This document shows positions 54,451 to 64,000 of a stretch of DNA of 64,000 nucleotides, piece by piece. The translations under genes were made by a program, and so were the position numbers. The stretch is taken from assembly GCA_951406725.2 (NCBI GenBank), contig OX597829.1:44268001-44332000 (forward strand), in the 5' to 3' direction. Positions within the stretch are counted from its first letter, which is position 1; each line of letters starts with the position of its first letter. This DNA is from Octopus vulgaris (Eukaryota). Under the pieces are notes generated by a model. The model was not told the DNA's origin. It saw only the letters and a list, made by a program, of their open reading frames with translations, and did not search any database.

Positions 54451-55166
54451 CGGTTTTTTTATTTTTATTAAAATTTTATGTATTGATTAAGTCTTTCCTT
54501 GTTTGTTTTGCAAATTAGTGGTTTTGTCTCTAATTAATATTATATAATATTTTACTATAAAATTGGATTTATTCCTAAATCTGATTTTTTTCCCTGTAAA
54601 TTTGGATTTATTCCCTAATATTTATTATTATATATATATATATATATGTGTGCGTGTCTGTGTTTGTGTGTGTGTGAAAATGTTTGGTAAATAAACGAAC
54701 GGTGTAACATATACTAAGTGTACAACCGCACTGGAGACAAACACAGAAGGTCCCTAATTCTTCATCAGTTATCAACCAATTGGTAATACTCAGTTTTGCA
54801 CCATTACTGATAAAACTGAGAGCTTCCCATATTGGCGGTTCCTGCAAAAAAATTTTAGCGAAGAATTCAGGGCCGAGAGCAAACAAAACAAAGCGAAACA
54901 ACACAGCGTGGACAAGGACGAAGAGACGAGCAAATTACGGGCTTAGGGCCAAGAAGACAAGAATACTAAGTAACGCTTAGAAGACATTCTAAAGGATAGA
55001 GAACGGAGTGACAGAGAATTTGCAACTTCTTATCTACGGGACCAGCGTAGGAAAGGAAGAAAGCTGGCCGCGGGTCGCGTGACAGCAGCAGGCAGAGGAG
55101 TAAGACAGCAAGAGAGTGGGAAAGAGAGAAAACTATGAATGTATAGGAACAAACACACAAACACAT

Positions 55167-55240
<74 letters not shown>

Positions 55241-55277
55241 ATATATGTGTGTGTGTGTGTGTGTGTGTGTATAGATT

Positions 55278-55342
<65 letters not shown>

Positions 55343-56172
55343 TTGAATGAGGTGGAAGATTATCTTATATTATTATCTTTTCGAAGAGGATTACAGGCGA
55401 CATTGGTGGTAATTACTCACCCCATGTTGCGATCGCTGACAGTTTGCCTCCTCTACTACGCTTGCTAGTAATATTCTCTGTTTCACTTAAATGAGAAACA
55501 CACACAGACTACGCTATTACGTTTACACAAGGACATTTTACTTATCACTTTCTGCTGCCATTTTCAAATCCATCGTTTATATTACCAATACAACTTATTT
55601 TTTATATAGTTGCTTAGTTTATATAAGTTACTGCATTAAAACCAGCTACCTTCTCTCGGTTTCGTTATTATGTAAACTCACAAACTTCATAGAAGGAAGT
55701 CATCTAAACGCTGTAAACCTTTTTTCTATTTTTATTTTTCACGTTTTCGTTCTGTTGAAAAATAATAGGAATCCTATGCTCCCCCCTCCGTCTCCACTAA
55801 ACTGATTTTGAAAAAAATCTGTTTCGTTTCTCACTTGAAGTTGTTTCCTTTCACGTTCGCTGCTAATAAAGGCATCAAGATGGCAATTGTTCTTTCTCGT
55901 TCTATGTAAATATGGCGTTTGATTTATTACCGACAGTAATTATATACAAGCGTACCTCAACTTACGTCGGTATGCGTAAGATATGCGACTTAACACCTAA
56001 ACCGACATAACCCGGAAAACTATTTTCGAAAAGAAGTTATACTTATCACCACTTAAACATGGCTGTTCTGTAGGAACCAACGTTACTAATATTTTTAATC
56101 CCAGTAGGATGTTTCCTCTAGCTGGTTATTTGATGCAATCAGCACCTGATCCTGATATATATATATATATTG

Positions 56173-56405
56173 AAGGCGGCGAGCTGGCAGAAACGTTAGC
56201 ACGCCGGGCGAAATGCGTAGCCGTATTTCGTCTGCCGTTACATTCTGAGTTCAAATTCCGCCGAGATCGACTTTGCCTTTCATCCTTTTGGGGTCGATAA
56301 ATTAAGTACCAGTTACGCACTGGGATCGATGTAATCGACTTAATCCCTTTGTCTGTCCTTGTTTGTCCCCTCTGTGTTTAACCCCTTGTGGTTAGTAAAG
56401 AAATA
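56173..56405 (+). mobile_element. SINE family B, full length
   Basis: Homology to the other family B copies. Confidence 0.9.
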
Positions 56406-57557
56406 GATATATATACTGCAGGCAGGGGTGTGAACTACTACCAGCTTCCAGCTACGGAACCACCAGACAGTACGTTTTCGACCTTTCGAATACTCGTCCG
56501 CTAGCGATTGCAGTAGTTCACTCCAGTTCGCAGTATATAGAAAAATGCTGATACACAGTCACCGATCTTGCAACAAGCAAATTAGATAGTTAGAAAATCT
56601 AAAGTACTAACTATACTGTGAAGTAATGTTTATTGCCACTTAAACATGGTTCTATCATAGGAACTGACATTACTACCATTTTAACCCCAGGAGGATGTTC
56701 CCTCCAGCTGGTTATTTGATGTACTCTATACCTCGATATACATCGCAAGCAGGTGTGTGAACTGGCAGAAACGTTTAATCCCCCCCCCCAAAAACAAAAT
56801 CAGTTCCCATCGAATTTTACTACCTATGAACTAAGGTGTTTCGACCGTGACGTGACGCTTCCATTTCCAAACGCTATAATACCATTCCTTGTTATTTGTA
56901 GCAAGTCGAAGAATCATTTAGACGCCTCTATGGACGCACGAATAGAAATATAAATTTCTTACATCTCAAGGATGATGACAGGTGACTGATAAATAGAGAA
57001 GAAATGGGCGTGTACGCACGTCCTGAAGAGATGTGTAATGGTGAATCCTATGACACTTCGTGTTTTGGATAGACTGCTGAAATCTTCATTTCCATATATG
57101 TAACTTATCAGATACTTATCAGGTTGGTAGAATTCATATGCCTCCATCCCACAAGTTGTCTCCATTCTTGCAGGTTTTCAAATCAGCTGTAAACTAACGA
57201 AATACTCTGTAACACAACACCTTTACAGTTTGTTCTAGTTGCACTGGTTCATCAGAACTGTCTACAACTGCACATATTATCAAAACCGGCCCAATGAGCT
57301 CTAAACTCGTAAAGCCGTTTACCTGGATCCTGTGGCGTATTTTCTCTCTGAGGTCGGTCTGTAGCAGTATTATCCATTTATGTTCGCTGAATTGACTTGA
57401 GTAAAGTAAAATGAAGTGTCTCGCTTAAGAGCGCAAAACATCGCGCAGTCCAGGAATCGAAACCACAATGTCGCGATAATTACTGCAACATACTAACCAT
57501 TGAGTCATGCGCTGCCACTGTGCGTATTGTGTGAATACATATATGTATTCACACAAA

Positions 57558-57973
57558 AGGCGGTGAGCTGGCAGAAACGTTAGCGCGCCGGGCGAAATGC
57601 TTAGCGGTATTTCGTCTGCCGTTACGTTCTGAGTTCAAATTCCGCCGAGGTCGACTTTGCCTTTCATCCTTTCCGGGTCGATAAATTAAGTACCAGTTAC
57701 GCACTGGGATCGATATAATCGACTTAATCCGCTTGTCTATCGTTGTTAGTCCCCTCTGTGTTTAGCCCCTTGTGGGTAGTAAAGAAATAGATATTTCGTC
57801 TGTCTTTACGTTGTTAGTTCAAATTCCGCCGAGGTCGACTTTGCCTTTCATCCTTTCGAGGTCGATAAATAAAGAACCAGTTTCGCAACTGGGGTCGTTT
57901 TAATCGACTTAATTCCTTTGTCTGTCCTTGTTTGACCCCTCTATGTTTAGCCCCTTGTGGGCAGTAAAGAAAT
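57558..57973 (+). mobile_element. SINE family B tandem dimer with 17-bp TSD
   Basis: TSD atatgtattcacacaaa at 57541-57557 and about 57974-57990 encloses both units. Confidence 0.9.
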
Positions 57974-58386
57974 ATATGTATTCACACAAACGCATAAACA
58001 TGGGGCAAATTTACTTCAAAACAATTTATATTGAACGCACAACAGTTGCTCAAGACTTTTTATATTTTCTTATTTATGCTTAGTTTATACAAATAGTACT
58101 TCTAACAGGTTTAATACCCAAGTTATTCTAGAGACAGCGAATAAGTTTTCAAACATGGTTGGTCTATACTAAACATAAGGACTTTAATATAGGAAATATG
58201 AACTAACATAAGTCTTGCAAATTTCCTCTGTTTCCTTTTGAGGTAGAAGTTCATGTTACCTGATCGCTTCCTTTGCCTGAAAACCCAGCAATTTGTGAAA
58301 CGAAGTGCAAAAGTTATTATGGGTAAAAATTAAAATATCTACGAATGTATGTATTTATGCATGCATCTGTATTCATGCCTGCATGC

Positions 58387-58512
<126 letters not shown>

Positions 58513-58533
58513 GTGTGTGTGTGTGTGTGTGTA

Positions 58534-58762
58534 AGGCGGTGAGCTGGCAGAATCGTTAGTATTCCGTGCGAAATGCTTTGCGGTATTTCGTCTGCCGTTA
58601 CGTTCTGAGTTCAAATTCCGCCGAGGTCGACATTGCCTTTCATCGTTTCGGGGTCGATTAAATAAGTACCAGTTACGCACTGTGGTCGATGTAATCGACT
58701 TAATCCCTTTATCTGTCCTTGTTTGTCCCCTCTGTGTTTAGCCTCCTGTGGGCAATAAAGAA
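58534..58762 (+). mobile_element. SINE family B, followed by a V-like SINE tail fragment (about 58815-58920)
   Basis: Homology to the other copies. Confidence 0.88.
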
Positions 58763-59144
58763 ATATGTGTGTGTGTGTGTGTTGTACTCTTTCGCCACAA
58801 CGTTTCTTAAGTAACGCTGCGATGGACTGGCGTCCCGTCCAGCTGGGGGGGGGGGGACACACATACGCTGCAGAAACCGGGGAAACGGGCCCATGAGCCT
58901 GGGTAGGCTTGAAAAGGGCCACGTTTATCGCTTTTAGCTTCTGCAGAAGATGATAAATGTTATGAATAAACTGTTTAAGTTTTCATTTAAAAACATTGCT
59001 ATACTATCCAGTGTATTTCAATGTTATATTTGAGCTCAGAAAAAGTTGGCACAAGGGTGTTGCTCGGTGTTAAAATATAATTTTGAATAAACAAGAATAT
59101 GTAATTTATTATGAAGCAATATATATTACAATGTGGAGGCTCAT

Positions 59145-59175
<31 letters not shown>

Positions 59176-59178
59176 TTT

Positions 59179-59211
<33 letters not shown>

Positions 59212-59310
59212 AATCAAGATAAGCAACAAAGATATCCAAGGTAATGCAGTACGATCGTTTCATGCAACTCCATTTAATTGAGCAATGTAATCATTACATC
59301 AATTTAAAAT
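59212..59310 (-). mobile_element. Truncated relative of the 19801-20169 fold-back family (3' half of a hammerhead)
   Basis: Minus strand '...uugcau-GAAAC-gauc-GUA-cugcauuaccuuggauaucuuuguugcuuaucuugau' followed by (TA)n; same 3' end point as 20169. Confidence 0.7.
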
Positions 59311-59519
59311 GCAGACCAATTGTGTTTATTTGTGCGTGAGTGTGTTTGTGCGTGTGTTGTGTGCGTGCGCCTGTATGTGTGCGCGCGCATCTGTATGTAT
59401 ATATGTATGTGTGTGTGAATAAACATTTAGAGAGAGAGAGAGAGAGAGCGATCAATAGACAGACAGGCTGATAGATATATAGAACAATAGACTGACAGAC
59501 AAACAGATAAGATAGATAT

Positions 59520-59805
<286 letters not shown>

Positions 59806-60341
59806 AGAACGCGTATGTATATGCGTCTAGCAACCCTTTGATGCATAGCTTAAAAATAGCTTTGTTTTATATTATTTTCACAACTTTATAAATGATATTA
59901 TTTTCGCTTTTATATATTTTACACGAATTTTCTTTCTCTTTTGTTTCATCTATTATTTTTGTTTTCCTTCTTGAACTATATACTTTTACTTTCTGCTTAC
60001 CGAAACTGGTGCCTCTGCTTGCCATAAAGTAATTCTATGTCAAAACTTTAAACACCGGAAGTGTCTAATACAAAATGCAAACGTTATAAAGTTGATATAA
60101 ATGTTAATTCGTGATGCCACTTTCTTTATAATATATACACACTTACTAGCGCTCAGACATGTGAGTATGTATATATATATATGACTCCATATAGGTGTAT
60201 GTGTGTGTGTGTGTGTTTATACATGTAAATGTGTCTGCGTGCGTGTATGTTTGTGTGTCAGATTATAAAAACATGCACACACACACGCACACATATATGT
60301 ATGTATATATGTATGTATGTTTGTACGTATGTGTGTGTGTA

Positions 60342-60437
<96 letters not shown>

Positions 60438-61442
60438 TACATATATATGTGTATGTATATATGCATATATAAGCTTTGAAGAATGTGTATCGGGATGCAT
60501 GTGTACTTGTTTATATGTGTGTGTGTGTATTTATATAATGCATATATGGCTGTATATGTGTGTGTATGTGTGTGTGTATGCATATATGTGAATAAATACA
60601 ATGCATGCATGTATGTATGCCTAAAGATGGACTGAGAAAAGGGAATGTGTAGAAGATAGTCGTGGAAACAAAATGTAAATTTAGTGAGGCAATAAAAGAC
60701 GAAAATGTAATTCAAACGAAGCTATTACCAGATCGACGGACATCAATAGAACTTCAACACATCGTGGCTGCCAAGTCAGTCGCAAATGGCGTCTCTGGCA
60801 GAATTCTGTTTACAGTCGTCAGCGTTGTTTCTGTTTAGAAGAGTTATATTTAATTGCACCTCCAATCCTTGGCCACCGTGCGTTTGCTCCTCAACCAAAG
60901 TTACTCCTTACAGTAATTCGAGAATGTTAAGTGGTAGAGTAGAATATCTTCTGTATATCAAACACTGCCGTAATGTTCGTACTACTTATAACATACCATC
61001 GCCTTTTATTAACATCATCACCACAACGAGAGAACTTCTGTAAAGGTGACCTTCTCTGCTTAACATGATAGTCAAATCTAACTCAGTTTACACACTGACA
61101 TTCTTGAAAACAGAAGGATAGTTTGGACAGTTCAATTGTGCACATCCAATAAAAGACAGGAGGATTATTGCTAGCCTGTCCCTGACATAGATATGAGATA
61201 TTTTTGCCCCACCACTTTGACACCACCAATTCCCATGCACACATATTCATAACCATACACACATACGTATTAAAAGAATCTGAAGTGAATGAACTGTAAA
61301 TTTTGCGTAAATCTTGCTACACATGTTTCTGCTGTATGCTTATGTACTTTTTATAAATGTATTACATAATATGTACTGCAGAACCAAACCACTGCGTCAA
61401 GCATTTTTAGACAGTCGATCGGTAAAACTAATATTCGTATAT

Positions 61443-62207
61443 ATAGTGAGAATTTACAAATAAACAAAAGACGAAAACGGGTGTGTAAACAACAAACAGA
61501 TGTATTAGTTTAAGTGAGAAAGTCTTTTACGTTTCGAGCCTACGCTCTTCGACAGAGAGTAACACAGAAATAAACAGGGAGAGAAAATAGAAAAACGTTT
61601 AGTTTAGGACAGAGGGGTCACACAGGAGAGCAAAGAAGAAGGGGTGATAATAAAGTAGTGGTTATCCCAAAACGAAGATGCACATGTGTGTGTATCTGAG
61701 AGAGTGTATGTGCCTGTGGAAGGGAGCTGGTGACATTGACGTGTGCGTGTGTGCATGTGTAGGTGCGTGGATGATGGTGTAGGTGCTGGGAAGTGGTCAG
61801 TGCTAGTGTGTGCGGGGGTGGTGTGATGTGGTATGGTGCAGTATGGTGGTGTGTGGTGTGGTGGCATGTGGTGTGGTGGTGTTGGGGTGGGAGGAGGTGA
61901 CAGTGGGGGAAGCGAGAGTGGGGGGGTCTAATGGATGGGGTGGGTGATATGGAATGAATAGGGATGGTGGGGTTGGAATGTGTAGAGGTGGGGTAACAAT
62001 GGAGGGGTGACAATGAAGGGAGAGGATGGAAGGGAGGAGGTGGGTACGAGTGAAGAGAGGAAATAGGTGCCAGAGCAAGAGAGGAGAGGTGGGTGGAAGG
62101 TAGTAGGTGTGAGAGGAAGAGAGGAGAGAGGAGGAGGGTTATATGAATAGGGGAGGAGAATTGAGCCCATGTGGCGCAAAGGATCGAAGAGAGAAGATTA
62201 ATCCTTG
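61443..62207 (-). mobile_element. PLE 3' end: GIY-YIG C-terminus + C/T-rich UTR + hammerhead
   Basis: 62207-62139(-) encodes 'QGLIFSLRSFAPHGLNSPPLFI*' (the LIF.L....P.GLN motif); HHR at 61524-61559. Confidence 0.8.
61524..61559 (-). ncRNA. Minimal hammerhead (A6U core)
   Basis: Minus strand: CUCU-CUGUCGA-A-GAGC(guag)GCUC-GAAAC-GUA-AAAG. Confidence 0.65.
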
Positions 62208-62797
62208 AAAGGTGAATGTGTGTTTGTGAGTTTGTGTGTGAGTAGGAACGTAAAATTTATTTTAGCGGGAAAGAAGATTAATCTTTGAAGATGAAACCTT
62301 CTCTTCCTTCATACACAAGCAATAATTCACACTTAGACACTACAAAGAGGAACCACTACCCACGCCGCTAAACCCACGATGACAATTTCTTTCCCAGATC
62401 GTCAAAATTGAATATATACCAGAGCTTCACACATGGAAAAAACATGCCCTAATGACGAACCATCTCAGCACACAAACATACGAACGTCACATAAACCCAG
62501 AATATAATATAATGGAAATAAATTTACTATCCAATTTGACTGTTATCCCAAAAGTCAAAACCAAGGGAGATAACCACACAAAAGGTGTCACCTTGATTTA
62601 TTTTTTCCTTTATGAGACTTACTGCACCCTTCTGTTGGGGCGAAGTCATTTGACCCTGTTATCTCTCCTATTTTCGCTCTTGCGTCTCACGTTTGATCTT
62701 CGACTTCTGGCCGGAATCAGATCGCCATGTTGAATCGCTAGCTTCTGCACGCATTTTTTTTCTCTTCTTGTTTCTCTCCGTGTTTCTTTTCTGTGTA

Positions 62798-62835
62798 TCT
62801 TTCTGTTGAAGAGCGTAGGCTCGAAACGTGAAAGA
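62798..62835 (+). ncRNA. Minimal hammerhead (A6U core; triplet mutated to GUG) in an inverted PLE end, about 62730-62932
   Basis: UCUUU-CUGUUGA-A-GAGC(guag)GCUC-GAAAC-GUG-AAAGA; homologous to 16732-16927 and inverted relative to 61443-61600. Confidence 0.6.
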
Positions 62836-62942
62836 CTTGTTTTATTTATATTCCTGAGCGCCATACTAATACAATTGTTTGTTTGTACTCCACCTGCCTT
62901 CGTCTTTTGTTTATTTTCATAAAGCTTCCCGATATATATATA

Positions 62943-62975
<33 letters not shown>

Positions 62976-63706
62976 ACCCAGTCTTATTCAAATATGTACT
63001 ACTTTTCTTCCGGCTGAAGAAGAAGGTTCTCCTTATGTTCTTATATGAATGTATAATAGTAGATGCGGACAATATAAATTTGCTCTAATAAAACTTACGT
63101 TTATTTTAATATAGGTCGTAGCATTATTTTAATTTTCCTCGAACTGAGCTTTTCCTTAATCGAGCTTTATTCTAACCCCCTTTACATCAAATTCCCTTTT
63201 TCTCTTAATTTGATAAGTGTAATTTTATATATTCAAATACATGTTAAACTCACATTTACACAAGCAACTTTCCTTTCCTTTTTAACGTTCAAAGGGAAGA
63301 AAATAACTCATAGATATATCAGTGAAACGGGCACAGTATTTCGAGCATCCGCTGACTTACAAGTGTATATAATCTTTCTGAATTCGATTTTTATAGTTGT
63401 CTTCCGGCTAAAAAAAAAATGTGCCCGTTAAAACTATTCTTTTTGTTTTTTGTTTTTTTTTTCCTTTTTACCATCTAGCTACCGGAAAACACAAGTTTAA
63501 AGCGGGTATATAATATATTTAATATATACGTTTGAAGTTGTTTATAATTCGGTTAGTTTACATGACATGAATTGCTTGAAGTTTTTCGCATACAGGACTC
63601 ATGAATAGAATGATATATAATGGTCGCTTTCATTCGGTAATAATATTACATATATGCATGCTTACATACACATATATATGTGTGGCTGTGCATGTATATG
63701 TATGTA

Positions 63707-63812
<106 letters not shown>

Positions 63813-63822
63813 CATCCATCTA

Positions 63823-63910
<88 letters not shown>

Positions 63911-64000
63911 CATATGCTTATATGGGTACAGGATGTCACCAACACATTTTAAGGCGGTGCTCCAGCATGGCCGCAGCCAAACGAATGAAACAAGTAAAAA

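Larger units (their letters stand above)
54231..54536. repeat. Near-perfect fold-back (148-bp arms, 10-nt loop) between (TA)n tracts
   Basis: 54231-54378 is the reverse complement of 54389-54536 with only a few mismatches; the right arm continues about 90 nt further to (TA)n. Confidence 0.95.

Noticed and set aside
54745-54785. Minus-strand CUGAUGA-AGAA..UUCU
   Set aside because: No downstream GAAA or stem III; at best a truncated remnant.
63008-63490. ttccgg-CTGAAGA and a later CTA-ccggaa, resembling HHR stem I ends
   Set aside because: GAAA and stem II are not recoverable; too degenerate to call.

Overview
AT-rich eukaryotic intergenic or intronic DNA, very rich in microsatellites. The SINE families and repeat landscape suggest an octopod cephalopod (Octopus-like); this is an inference. 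I found no confident host protein-coding gene, and nearly all listed ORFs are translations of microsatellites. The window is a mosaic of tRNA-derived SINEs (CORE-like, Meta-like and V-like domains), LINE remnants (R4/Dong-type restriction-like-endonuclease, RTE and Tx1), mariner and hAT remnants, and many Penelope-like element (PLE) remnants, one with an uninterrupted 301-aa Naiad-type GIY-YIG fragment. The main hidden signal is about a dozen minimal type-I hammerhead ribozyme (HHR) motifs from about eight unrelated sequence families. Most lie in short PLE-derived ends next to (TA)n tracts, often arranged as asymmetric fold-back inverted repeats. They include recurrent non-canonical cores (U4C in three families, a fixed A6U in one family). 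All structures were read by eye and need computational and biochemical confirmation.
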